From the IMG/VR virus record IMGVR_UViG_3300031857_000005, positions 1 to 64,000 of that record: a stretch of DNA of 64,000 bases; one strand, given 5' to 3'. The translations under genes were made by a program, and so were the position numbers. The notes under the pieces are model-generated. The model searched no databases. It had not been told where the DNA came from and saw nothing but the letters and a program-made list of their open reading frames with translations. This document shows positions 1 through 9,359 of this stretch, piece after piece (positions within the stretch are counted from its first letter, which is position 1; each line of letters starts with the position of its first letter).

Positions 1-37
1 AAAAAATATTTCTCAAAATAAAGGATTTTTTTATTAT

Positions 38-361
38 TTGGAAAATAAAACAAATAATCTATATGTTTGGGAATATAACATTAAGAATGCGAATAGAAGT
101 TCCATTGAAAAAAAGACACAAGTCAAATTAATTTATTCCAAACCAAAGAACAATTTGACACTTCCAAAAATAATTGATACGTTTTCAACGTGGTTTTCTG
201 AAGAGGAAAAGTCAAAACTACCTCTTTTTGAGATGAAAAGTAAGGATTTGTTTCCAATAAATGAAACATTATTACCACTTTTCAAACGGAAAGTTATATC
301 TTATATAAATTTAGAAAATTACAACCAAAGAAAAAAAGCGATTCAAATCAAAGTAAATTAA
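38..361 (+). CDS. hypothetical protein
   Basis: 107 aa ORF with TTG start, co-oriented with the downstream operon; no recognisable motif. Confidence 0.5.
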   Translation: MENKTNNLYVWEYNIKNANRSSIEKKTQVKLIYSKPKNNLTLPKIIDTFSTWFSEEEKSKLPLFEMKSKDLFPINETLLPLFKRKVISYINLENYNQRKKAIQIKVN

Positions 362-649
362 TATGGATATTTTAAAAGAAATAAGCAAGATAGTTAAAGA
401 AAATCCAAATGATATGGATTTAGGAAAAAAAATTAGAGTTTTATATACAGAGTTTAAAGAAAAAAAAGATGGGATTTCACAAAAGAAGATTAAAAAAATC
501 TAATATTATTCTTCAAAAAGAAAATATAATTAGGTATCTGAGTGCGGATGCAATATTAATCTCAGATGATTTTTCATACAATGTTTATAAATTGTATAGT
601 GAGGGTAAATCGGAAGAAGAAATCATAAAATATATTAACGAAAATCAAG

Positions 650-1855
650 ATGAAGATTAAATTAGAGTACTTGTGGTTGGACGGATATAATCCAGAACCA
701 AATCTTAGAAGTAAGGTAAAAATTGTAAATTATAATGACGTAAAAAACGCATTTTTAGATGGTAATTTCCCCGAATGGAATTTTGACGGTTCATCAACAC
801 AACAAGCGGAAACTGGTAGTTCGGACTGTATATTAAAACCTGTGAGACATTATAGTTCAGAAATTTTGCAAACTGTGTATATAATGTGTGAGGTTATGAA
901 TCCTGATGGGACTCCACACAAAACAAACACAAGAAGTAATATCGAAAGTGATGATGAAGATATGTGGTTCGGATTTGAACAGGAATATTTCATCTATGAT
1001 AGAAATAATAAATGTATTTTAGGTCACAATGAAAATAATCTTGAACCACAAGGAAAATATTATTGTGGTGTTGGACAATATGTTGCTGGAAGAGACTTTG
1101 TAGAAGAACATTTAAATATGTGTTTGAATTATGGTTTAGATATAACGGGAACAAATGCCGAGGTTGCGATTGGACAATGGGAATACCAAGTCTTTTCAAA
1201 AGGAAAATTAAAGGCTGGTGATGATTTATGGGTGTCCAGATATTTCTTACATAAGTTATCGGAAAAATATGATTATGGTATCGAACTTCACCCAAAACCA
1301 ATCCAAAGAGGAGAATGGAATGGTTCAGGACTTCATACGAATTTTTCATCTAAAAAAATGAGAGAAGAAGGTGGTGAGGAATACTTCAAATCTGTATTCT
1401 CAAGTTTTGAAGCAAGACACCAATCTCATATAGAAAATTATGGTTCAGATAATCAACTACGACTGACTGGTAAGTTTGAGACACAATCAATTGATAAATT
1501 CAGTTGGGGTATATCAGATAGAGGAGCATCAATTCGTGTGCCACAGTCAACCGCAAATGAGTGGAAAGGTTATATTGAAGACAGAAGACCATCTTCAAAT
1601 GCAGATCCTTACAAAATTATATATCAAATTTGTGAATCATTGAGAAATGCTGAAACAATAAATGATATTAAACACAAAATGAACTTTAAACTTGATATGG
1701 ACAATCTTAAGACGGATTTCAAAACATTACCCAATGAGGAACTATTGAAAGAGTATTTGAATGATGAAGAATTTGAATTAGACAGTAAAACGATGGTTGA
1801 TAATAGAAATAATATACCAACTGAAGAAATAAATTTTAACTTGAATGGAAAATAA
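650..1855 (+). CDS. glnII: glutamine synthetase, type II (GSII)
   Basis: EYLWLDG, WNFDGSST.QA, GFEQEY, NAEVA.GQWEYQV, HPKP..G.WNGSG.HTNFS, DRGASIRVP, GYIEDRRPSSNADPY motifs; extra acidic C-terminal tail of about 60 aa. Confidence 0.95.
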   Translation: MKIKLEYLWLDGYNPEPNLRSKVKIVNYNDVKNAFLDGNFPEWNFDGSSTQQAETGSSDCILKPVRHYSSEILQTVYIMCEVMNPDGTPHKTNTRSNIESDDEDMWFGFEQEYFIYDRNNKCILGHNENNLEPQGKYYCGVGQYVAGRDFVEEHLNMCLNYGLDITGTNAEVAIGQWEYQVFSKGKLKAGDDLWVSRYFLHKLSEKYDYGIELHPKPIQRGEWNGSGLHTNFSSKKMREEGGEEYFKSVFSSFEARHQSHIENYGSDNQLRLTGKFETQSIDKFSWGISDRGASIRVPQSTANEWKGYIEDRRPSSNADPYKIIYQICESLRNAETINDIKHKMNFKLDMDNLKTDFKTLPNEELLKEYLNDEEFELDSKTMVDNRNNIPTEEINFNLNGK

Positions 1856-2678
1856 GATAAACATTGATGGTTTAATATTTGGAAAGGGTGAGGGTAATAT
1901 TAGTTGGTATCCTGAAAGGGTTCACACCTTACAAGATTTGGTATATCAGATAAAACCAAGAAACATAATTGAAATTGGTTTTAATGAAGGACATTCAATG
2001 ATTTTAATATGTGAGACACTTTTAAAAATCATTGAAGAAAATCCTGAATTTAATCAGAAACCAATAATAGTCTATGTATTTGATGACTGCAAATATGAAA
2101 GCACGTTTAACAATCATTCAATACTTACAGAACATTATAGAAAGTGGAACATACATTTAAATTTAATTCCTGGTAATTCCCTTGAAGTTGTTCCAAAAGT
2201 TTTAGAAACCTCAAAAATCAAGTTTGATTTCATTGAAATTGATGGATGTCATTTTGAAGAATATGTTAAAGGTGACATTAATAATGTGATTAATTTTATA
2301 AACGATAATGGTATAATATATTTGGATGATTACAAATCCTCAAAAGATCCGACAGAAGGTGTTGATAAAGCAGTTGATTCATTTGACTGGTATGATTTTA
2401 ATACCTATTATATTGACGGAGTGTTTTGGGCACACAAAAAAGAAAAACAAATGACAAACAAAAATGAACAAGTTAATCACCCTAATCACTATGGTGGCGA
2501 AACAAACCAATACGAAGCCATCAAAGTAATTGATGCTTGGGATTTAGGATTTAGTTTGGGAAATACTGTAAAGTATATCTCAAGAGCAGGAAAAAAGAAT
2601 AAAGATAAAGAATTAGAAGATTTGAAGAAAGCCCTTTGGTATCTACAACATCACATTGAAACATTAGAGAAGAAATGA
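1845..2678 (+). CDS. class I SAM methyltransferase (Methyltransf_24-like) fused to a DUF3310-like domain
   Basis: IIEIGFNEGHS, DFIEIDGCH and IIYLDDY in the N-terminal part; VNHPNHY...FSLGNTVKYISRAGKK..EDLKKALWYL in the C-terminal part. Confidence 0.75.
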   Translation: MENKINIDGLIFGKGEGNISWYPERVHTLQDLVYQIKPRNIIEIGFNEGHSMILICETLLKIIEENPEFNQKPIIVYVFDDCKYESTFNNHSILTEHYRKWNIHLNLIPGNSLEVVPKVLETSKIKFDFIEIDGCHFEEYVKGDINNVINFINDNGIIYLDDYKSSKDPTEGVDKAVDSFDWYDFNTYYIDGVFWAHKKEKQMTNKNEQVNHPNHYGGETNQYEAIKVIDAWDLGFSLGNTVKYISRAGKKNKDKELEDLKKALWYLQHHIETLEKK

Positions 2679-3523
2679 TAGAGACAGGAAAAATTATAAA
2701 TGGTGATTGTATTGAGGTAATGAAGACATTACCAAATAGTAGTGTGGATTTAATCGTCACATCACCTCCCTATGGTGTTGGTATTGATTATGATGTTCAC
2801 GAAGACGATGTGGAATTTGAAGACTATTTGGTGTTTGCTAAAAATTGGTTAACTGAAGCGTATAATGTCTTGAAAGACGATGGACGAATCGCGTTGAACA
2901 TCCCATACGAAATCAACAGACAAAAAAAGGGTGGAAGAATATTCTTTGTTTCTGAGATGTGGCAAATAATGAAAGAAATTGGGTTTGGTTTCTTCGGTAT
3001 CGTGGATTTGGAAGAACAATCACCCCATCGTAGTAAGACAACTGCTTGGGGTTCTTGGATGAGTCCAAGTTCACCATATATATATAACCCAAAGGAGTGT
3101 GTGATACTTGCATACAAAAAACACCACATTAAAAAGGTTAAAGGAGAACCTCAGTGGAAAGGGACACCTACTGAAATTGAACAGGAGGATGGAACCATAA
3201 AAAAGAAAGTTGTATATGAAGAACAAGATAAGAAGGAGTTTATGGAACTTGTTTTTGGTCAGTGGAATTACTTTGCAGATACTAAATCACTCACCAAGGC
3301 GACGTTCTCAATGGACATCCCAACTAAAGCGATCAAAATATTATCCTACAAAAACGATGTGATTTTAGATCCATTCGCTGGTAGTGGAACAACATTAGTT
3401 GCCGCTGAAGTATTGGGAAGAAGATGGTTAGGTATTGAGTTATCACCAAACTATACCGAGATAGCCAATACGAGAGTAAATTACTTTAAAACCTTACAGG
3501 AAATAAAAGAAGAACAACTCTAA
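2675..3523 (+). CDS. orphan DNA methyltransferase, N4/N6 family (beta order), probably N4-cytosine
   Basis: DLIVTSPPY catalytic motif precedes the ILDPFAGSGTT SAM-binding motif; GIELS..Y. Confidence 0.9.
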   Translation: MIETGKIINGDCIEVMKTLPNSSVDLIVTSPPYGVGIDYDVHEDDVEFEDYLVFAKNWLTEAYNVLKDDGRIALNIPYEINRQKKGGRIFFVSEMWQIMKEIGFGFFGIVDLEEQSPHRSKTTAWGSWMSPSSPYIYNPKECVILAYKKHHIKKVKGEPQWKGTPTEIEQEDGTIKKKVVYEEQDKKEFMELVFGQWNYFADTKSLTKATFSMDIPTKAIKILSYKNDVILDPFAGSGTTLVAAEVLGRRWLGIELSPNYTEIANTRVNYFKTLQEIKEEQL

Positions 3524-3526
3524 TAT

Positions 3527-3554
3527 AAAACCCACCTTAAAAGTGGGTTTTTTT
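3527..3554 (+). terminator. intrinsic terminator
   Basis: AAAACCCAC-loop-GTGGGTTTT followed by a T run. Confidence 0.85.
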
Positions 3555-3577
3555 ATTTTATGGATATTTATTCATAT

Positions 3578-3886
3578 ATGAAAATAATTATAACGGAAAA
3601 TAAAAGGGACAGACTGGCGTTAAATTGGTTGAATAATAAATTCGGTAATCTAACTAAGGTTGTTAACTATGATAGAACATTTTATGTTAATAAGGATAAA
3701 AAACCGTTATTTTACTATTATCAAGATGATAAAAATAAGTTTGTTTTTATTGATTACACAAGAATTTGGATATTTTTTGAATCCATTTTTGATATGGAAT
3801 ATGAACAAATACAAGATATTCTAAAAATATGGTTGGAAGAAACCTATAATTTGAGTGGATATTTACCTATTGATTACGGACACTAA
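3578..3886 (+). CDS. leader-family protein (MKIIITE type)
   Basis: start re-assigned to MKIIITENK; TATTTAT at 3565-3571. Confidence 0.75.
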   Translation: MKIIITENKRDRLALNWLNNKFGNLTKVVNYDRTFYVNKDKKPLFYYYQDDKNKFVFIDYTRIWIFFESIFDMEYEQIQDILKIWLEETYNLSGYLPIDYGH

Positions 3887-3906
3887 CCTATAATATAAAA
3901 TAAAGT

Positions 3907-4782
3907 ATGAAAATATTTCTTACCGAAAAACAATTAAAATATTTAAAGTCAAATCTTATTTCAGAGTCAGATGAGGTAAATCAATATGGGTTTACACAGG
4001 ACGAAATGAAACGAATTGAAGAATTTGTTAGAAAAAATGTTAAACAACAATATGAATGGTTAAAAAAAGAAGTTGAGGAGGGTGAGGAACATGCGGAAAT
4101 TTTGGAAAAAATAAAAAGTCATATTAAAAATAATCCTGATATACCTGAAAAATATTTTGATTATATGATTAAAGAATATGAGGGTAAAGTAAAACAATAC
4201 GAAAGAAATAAAAAGAACCTTGAAAATTTTGATTTTGAAGAGTATGTTAAAGATGGTATTGATAGAGATATACACGGAGGAGCATATTCAATGTCTTGGA
4301 ATATCAGAAGCGAAAAATGGGAGAAAGAACAATTAAATAGAAAGTTAACAAAAGAAGACATAACTGATATTTTAGTTACCGCTCTTGAGGGTGGATCCAA
4401 TTATTGGTATTTAATTGATTTACCTGAAAATATAAAATCATATGGGCAATCAAAATCTGAAGCGGTTGGTGAATATGTCTTACGAGGTGGGTCAATTGAT
4501 TTCTACGATAAGGAAGAATATTATGATGTTAGGAGAGCATTAAAAGATGGTGATTACAATATTGGTGATAGTGATGATATGGTTGATGAAAAGAGTTATC
4601 AGGAAGACATTGAAAATACTAAACTTGGACATATTGATATGAACAGAATATTAGAGGCAATAACAAAAATAAAAAGTGAATATCCTGAAGTTTGGAAAAA
4701 TATATTATTGGAAAATGCGGATGCTGGAGATGCCGATGTATTCTTACAACTATGTGTAATGGGTGAAGTTGTTTATGGGTAA
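3907..4782 (+). CDS. leader-family protein (MKIFLTEKQ), acidic cargo
   Basis: 291 aa ORF beginning MKIFLTEKQLKYLKSNLISE. Confidence 0.8.
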   Translation: MKIFLTEKQLKYLKSNLISESDEVNQYGFTQDEMKRIEEFVRKNVKQQYEWLKKEVEEGEEHAEILEKIKSHIKNNPDIPEKYFDYMIKEYEGKVKQYERNKKNLENFDFEEYVKDGIDRDIHGGAYSMSWNIRSEKWEKEQLNRKLTKEDITDILVTALEGGSNYWYLIDLPENIKSYGQSKSEAVGEYVLRGGSIDFYDKEEYYDVRRALKDGDYNIGDSDDMVDEKSYQEDIENTKLGHIDMNRILEAITKIKSEYPEVWKNILLENADAGDADVFLQLCVMGEVVYG

Positions 4783-4800
4783 ATAAAAAATTATAAATTA

Positions 4801-4830
4801 AAAACCCCACTCAAAAGGTGGGGATTTTTT
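4801..4830. terminator. bidirectional intrinsic terminator between convergent genes
   Basis: AAAACCCCAC...GTGGGATTTTT between convergent stop codons. Confidence 0.75.
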
Positions 4831-5377
4831 ATTTAAGTGATAACCACTTTGACTTATAATTTTTGTTAGTTCCACAATACCTACCATACTCATTTACAAT
4901 AGGTCTACCCGTGTTATAACAACCACAAACAACATTCCAGTCACCGTATTTATTATAAAGTTTTCGTAGAAGTTTCATACTTGTCCTAATGTTCAACTCA
5001 ATATCAGTCATAATTTTATGATTTGAATATTTTACTTTATTAATTGAATAAGATGTCATAGGCATAATCTGCATCGGACCCAAAGCCCCAACACAAGAGA
5101 TTCTTTCGGGATTGTACCTCCAATCAAAAGGACCTCTGTATGTTGTTTCTTTATACGCCACATTATATGCAACATACTTAGGAATGTTATATTCATCAGA
5201 GTATTTCTCAATACATTCATACATCCGAATAGAAATTGGTGAATTTGGAATACCTGATCCTTCATTCGTGAATTTACTATTAGATTGAATCTCAATCGTT
5301 GACATACCTGATAAGGTAATAATGGTAACAAGACATCCCATCAAGTATACCAATTTTAAAATGTTGGATACTTTCAT
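4829..5377 (-). CDS. SLT-family lytic transglycosylase with N-terminal signal or anchor
   Basis: KET catalytic Glu region, GALGPMQIMP, NIRTSMKLLRKLYNKYGDW, YNTG. Confidence 0.85.
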   Translation of the reverse strand: MKVSNILKLVYLMGCLVTIITLSGMSTIEIQSNSKFTNEGSGIPNSPISIRMYECIEKYSDEYNIPKYVAYNVAYKETTYRGPFDWRYNPERISCVGALGPMQIMPMTSYSINKVKYSNHKIMTDIELNIRTSMKLLRKLYNKYGDWNVVCGCYNTGRPIVNEYGRYCGTNKNYKSKWLSLK

Positions 5378-5383
5378 AATCTA

Positions 5384-5701
5384 TTATTTTGATGTGTCTG
5401 AGAAAATATTTCTAGCGTATAGTTTAAACACCGAAACACCGATTGAATCTTGATAAACTGTGTAATCACCAGTTTTCTTGTCAATGATAATTAGATGGTT
5501 ATGTTCATCTAATGCTAAGTTAACCTGACTACGATTAACTTTAACCATATGGATGGTTGGTTTCTTTGGACCATATTCGTTATTATATGCTGAACCTGCG
5601 TAAAATCCCGCAAACAACGAAACCACAATAAACGACACAACTACCACATTTCTAAATAAAGGTTTATACCTTTCCACGAATTCATTAAATTTCTGTTTCA
5701 T
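5384..5701 (-). CDS. membrane protein, hypothetical
   Basis: single hydrophobic helix; likely start MKQKF; upstream Bacteroidota-type promoter. Confidence 0.65.
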   Translation of the reverse strand: MKQKFNEFVERYKPLFRNVVVVSFIVVSLFAGFYAGSAYNNEYGPKKPTIHMVKVNRSQVNLALDEHNHLIIIDKKTGDYTVYQDSIGVSVFKLYARNIFSDTSK

Positions 5702-5725
5702 ATTTTTAAGTTTTAAAGATTTATA

Positions 5726-5757
5726 CAAACATAAGAATTTTTAAACAATAAGACAAA
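5726..5757 (-). promoter_or_regulatory. Bacteroidota-type housekeeping promoter
   Basis: TTTG-N20-TATGTTTG on the minus strand. Confidence 0.7.
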
Positions 5758-5795
5758 TGGTATTTACATTTTGGATCTGAAAGGTATTTATGGTT

Positions 5796-7202
5796 ATGAG
5801 AAAAAATTTAATATTAGAATCAGGATTAAGGGATATTAACAAATTAGCTAAAAGATACCCTAAAGCTAAAATATATTTTCACCAAGATTTAGATGGTGTT
5901 ACTACCGCACTTGCAATGAAACACTATTTGGAGAATAATGGTATTAAAGTTGTTGATGCCGAAATAATCCAATACGGGGATAAAGAATTTTCAGTTAAGA
6001 AATTAGATGCTGAAGGTGATACAATGCCTGTACTGGTAGATTTTGCCCACGGAAAACCAATGTTTGTTATTCATACCGATCACCACGATACTCAAGCCGG
6101 AGTTGAACAAGGAACATCAACAAGTTTTAGATCATCAAGATCGAATGTTGAAACAATATCTCAAACAATATCACCTAAAGATATTTTCTCACCTGAAGAC
6201 ATTACATTAATATCAACTGTGGATTCTGCAGATTATGCAAAACACGATATCGCACCTGAACAAGTGATGAACTACCTATTCAAATTAGATAAGGATAAAA
6301 CATTACAAAGAAATAAAATGTTAATGGGGTTGGTTGTTAATAAACTATTATTAGCATATAAAAATAAACCAGGTTTTCTTGAAGAAATTGTTTTAACCGC
6401 AAATCCATCATTAATGAGTATCCTGAATAATATTAGAGGACAAATGATGAGTAAAGGATACGCTGAGGTTGGAGATCTTGAAAAGAATAAGGAAATGTAT
6501 GTCCAAACGATGAAGTCACATCCTAATGTTAAAATTGATGACAACATTATTGTACAATATGGTGGTGGATCAATGATGAAACCAGGTTCTTATGATAGAT
6601 ACACCCCATTTAGAAATAATCCTGATGCCGACTTCTTAGTTATTGCTTGGCCGTTAGGATTGGTTCAAGCATCCTGTAACCCATTCAAAAAAGAAAGAGC
6701 ACTTAAAGGAGTTAACTTAGGTGAGATTAAAGATGAAGTATTAGGAAAATGGGAATCACAATTAAAAGATAGGGATATTCCATTATCAACAATTAAGTGG
6801 ATATCAGAATCAGGAAAAGGATTTACACCTGAATCTGTTGGGTTCACATATAAAGATTTTAGAGCGTTATACGGAGATAAATTCAAATCAAAAGACGGTA
6901 AAGATTTTATGAGAGATATTGATACGGCAATGTCAAAATCATTTACCGATTTAACTGATGAAGAGATGAGTTTACTTGATAGTGTTACCGTAACTGCTTG
7001 GGACATTATCCAATCAAATAGTGGAGGACATAAATGTATAACTAACATTTCGGGATTAAATTATATGGGTAGAAGTAAAAGACCACCTCAAGGGAAATAC
7101 AAATATAGTTCTGAAAATGAGGACGCTGCGTATGTGAAATTTACTAAAATGATTCAGAATGAATTTGTTAGATTATTGAAAGAGAAAGTTCAAGAAGGTT
7201 AA
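5796..7202 (+). CDS. DHH-family phosphoesterase-like protein
   Basis: YFHQDLDG, LVDFAH, HTDHHD and STVDSAD motifs, C-terminal GGH; TATTTAT at 5785-5791; starts MRKNLILE. Confidence 0.75.
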   Translation: MRKNLILESGLRDINKLAKRYPKAKIYFHQDLDGVTTALAMKHYLENNGIKVVDAEIIQYGDKEFSVKKLDAEGDTMPVLVDFAHGKPMFVIHTDHHDTQAGVEQGTSTSFRSSRSNVETISQTISPKDIFSPEDITLISTVDSADYAKHDIAPEQVMNYLFKLDKDKTLQRNKMLMGLVVNKLLLAYKNKPGFLEEIVLTANPSLMSILNNIRGQMMSKGYAEVGDLEKNKEMYVQTMKSHPNVKIDDNIIVQYGGGSMMKPGSYDRYTPFRNNPDADFLVIAWPLGLVQASCNPFKKERALKGVNLGEIKDEVLGKWESQLKDRDIPLSTIKWISESGKGFTPESVGFTYKDFRALYGDKFKSKDGKDFMRDIDTAMSKSFTDLTDEEMSLLDSVTVTAWDIIQSNSGGHKCITNISGLNYMGRSKRPPQGKYKYSSENEDAAYVKFTKMIQNEFVRLLKEKVQEG

Positions 7203-7543
7203 TCAAAGTATACTCTATCTCCTTTTGTAATATCATATTCTTCACAGGTTCCGCCCATAACTTCTAATATCATATCACCATTACCAGGATATCTCTTACA
7301 TGGGTTAGAAGTACAAGGTTCACAGTTATGATGTATCTTAACAATAGTATTGTTACTTATATAGATAATATCCAAAGGAATTATACAATCCTTCATCCAA
7401 AAAGAATGTTCACTATCATTCATTATAAATAACATTCCATCAAATGTATCATCAAATTTTTTACCCATCATACCTTGTTGAGTGTCTTTTGATGTCATTA
7501 CACATTTGACATTGAACAAATTGTTATTTATTATTATATCCAT
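7199..7543 (-). CDS. DUF192 family protein
   Basis: QGMMG...GMLF...HSFWMKDCIIPLDIIYI...ILEV.GG; start re-assigned to MDIII. Confidence 0.85.
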   Translation of the reverse strand: MDIIINNNLFNVKCVMTSKDTQQGMMGKKFDDTFDGMLFIMNDSEHSFWMKDCIIPLDIIYISNNTIVKIHHNCEPCTSNPCKRYPGNGDMILEVMGGTCEEYDITKGDRVYFD

Positions 7544-7556
7544 ATACATAAATATA

Positions 7557-7985
7557 ATGGCTAATAGAAAACTAAAAAGATTTTCGGGAATACTTGTCAA
7601 GTGTGGTAATAAATTTTTACTTTGTAAAAGAAGTCCTGATCAGTCTTCACCTAATATATGGTCGGTTCCTGGTGGTGGTGTTGAGTATGGTGAAAAACCT
7701 AAAGAAACTGCAATTAGGGAGTTTTATGAGGAAACTAATATTGATTTAACTAATGAGATTAATGACATAAGATTAGTTGGTACTTTTAATACATATACTA
7801 AAAATGGTGAAGTTAAAGGGATGATGTATATCTACTATTACCAATCAGATGTAGAGATATATCCTGATTTGGATATGGCTAAAGATGGACACGAACATAG
7901 CGAATGTGGGTACTTTAATTTCATGGATTTACCAATTGATGACCATAAAGACCCATTATTTAGATTAATTTTAACACTTTTGTAA
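7557..7985 (+). CDS. Nudix hydrolase
   Basis: Nudix box PGGGVEYGEKPKETAIREFYEETNI. Confidence 0.9.
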   Translation: MANRKLKRFSGILVKCGNKFLLCKRSPDQSSPNIWSVPGGGVEYGEKPKETAIREFYEETNIDLTNEINDIRLVGTFNTYTKNGEVKGMMYIYYYQSDVEIYPDLDMAKDGHEHSECGYFNFMDLPIDDHKDPLFRLILTLL

Positions 7986-8162
7986 AAAAAAATTGTCTTT
8001 TGGTTAACTACAATATATTTATGTGATACAAAACAACATTCCCTTCTAATTTATTGTTGGTTTAACATTAATGAAATCCCAAAAATTTTCGTAGTTGATT
8101 TTTTTTGGGATTTTTTTATGCCGTATCATTTTTATTTGTATATTTGTAGAAATAAAAAACAT

Positions 8163-8495
8163 ATGGGGACTTACATTTACACTTACAAGAAAAAATTTAA
8201 TAAGAACGCAACTCTCAACGGAGAGAAAGTTGTTGTTGGAGAAGCAACATACCTTTGTAGAGCCGATTACAGTAACAACTACACAGCGGTTGAGAATCGT
8301 GAGATGATTAGAGCAACAAAACTTCCAAAAGGTGAACAACCTGACTATATCACTTTTGATGGTGAGAATGTTTACAAAAACAACAAGTTTGGTATGTGGA
8401 ATGATGGTTCAGGGTTTTATAGTGGGATTCATCACGAAAACGATCTTGTTGGAAAATTAAAAAAAGTGGGTAGAAAATTTGTTATTGAGAAATAA
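8163..8495 (+). CDS. hypothetical protein
   Basis: start MGTYIY; TATATTTG at 8139-8146. Confidence 0.65.
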   Translation: MGTYIYTYKKKFNKNATLNGEKVVVGEATYLCRADYSNNYTAVENREMIRATKLPKGEQPDYITFDGENVYKNNKFGMWNDGSGFYSGIHHENDLVGKLKKVGRKFVIEK

Positions 8496-8508
8496 TTTAA
8501 TATCTTTG
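8478..8508 (+). promoter_or_regulatory. Bacteroidota-type promoter, ATG 4 nt downstream
   Basis: TTTG-N19-TATCTTTG-aggt-ATG(8513). Confidence 0.75.
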
Positions 8509-8512
8509 AGGT

Positions 8513-8788
8513 ATGAATAAGACGGCATTTAAAATCAGAATTATTAACGAATCGTTTGGAGAGTTACTAAACGAAGTATTTATTGATGAGACACAATTCA
8601 AAATTTTTTTGAAGATGGTTCACGGGTGTTTGGAACTTGAGAATGATTTAAGATTCTTCAACGGAGATACATTCTTAATTAACATCCCATTCCGATTCTT
8701 GAAAGATTCCATTATTGTGACAGGAACTAAAGACATTGATATGGTTGAACCAATCAAAAGTAAAATCGAGGCATTAATAACAAAGTAA
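8513..8788 (+). CDS. hypothetical protein
   Basis: 91 aa ORF directly after a promoter motif. Confidence 0.7.
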   Translation: MNKTAFKIRIINESFGELLNEVFIDETQFKIFLKMVHGCLELENDLRFFNGDTFLINIPFRFLKDSIIVTGTKDIDMVEPIKSKIEALITK

Positions 8789-8791
8789 TAT

Positions 8792-9241
8792 ATGAAAAAG
8801 TTAATTTATTTTATCACCATTATGTTGGTGATTGTTTCTTGTCAAAAGACTAACCCACCACCTTACCCACCACCAATTCCACCACAACCTATTGTGACGG
8901 ATACAACGGTGATTGATACCGCAACAAACCTAATTGGTGAGACATGGGTTATTGATGGTTACCGAGTTAATGGTATTGGTGCAATTATTACGATTAGTGA
9001 TACACTTGTCTTTAACACAATTAATTCGTATACTTTTAATGGTAATACCGCAACCTACTCGTTTTATACAACCGCATCTGCGTATTCACTAACAATGAAC
9101 TACACACCTTGGGGTAATTTAACTGGACCAATATTTGAAGGTAATTTAACTAGTGGAGTAATTCTCGGACTTAAATTCACCGACATTACAATGGGTTCAG
9201 GGAATCAAACGGATTATTACCTGTGGATGCATAGAATATAA
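8792..9241 (+). CDS. putative lipoprotein with Pro-rich linker
   Basis: MKK-hydrophobic-VSC lipobox-like signal; PPPYPPPIPPQP. Confidence 0.7.
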   Translation: MKKLIYFITIMLVIVSCQKTNPPPYPPPIPPQPIVTDTTVIDTATNLIGETWVIDGYRVNGIGAIITISDTLVFNTINSYTFNGNTATYSFYTTASAYSLTMNYTPWGNLTGPIFEGNLTSGVILGLKFTDITMGSGNQTDYYLWMHRI

Positions 9242-9300
9242 GTTTCCTTGTTTAGAAAAACAAGGTGGTGGTAGATCGATCCGTTAATGGACGACCCAAA

Positions 9301-9330
9301 AAAAAGGAATCAGAAATGGTTCCTTTTTTT
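9301..9330 (+). terminator. intrinsic terminator with GAAA tetraloop
   Basis: AAAAAGGAATCA-GAAA-TGGTTCCTTTTTTT. Confidence 0.8.
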
Positions 9331-9359
9331 TATTTATGATATTTATAAATAAAAAAGTT

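Noticed and set aside
650-1855. Eukaryotic or giant-virus origin suggested by GSII
   Set aside because: Bacterial promoters, intrinsic terminators, overlapping operons and phage-type genes argue for a bacteriophage; GSII also occurs in bacteria.
2675-3523. Complete restriction-modification system
   Set aside because: A terminator follows the methyltransferase directly and no adjacent nuclease ORF is recognisable.
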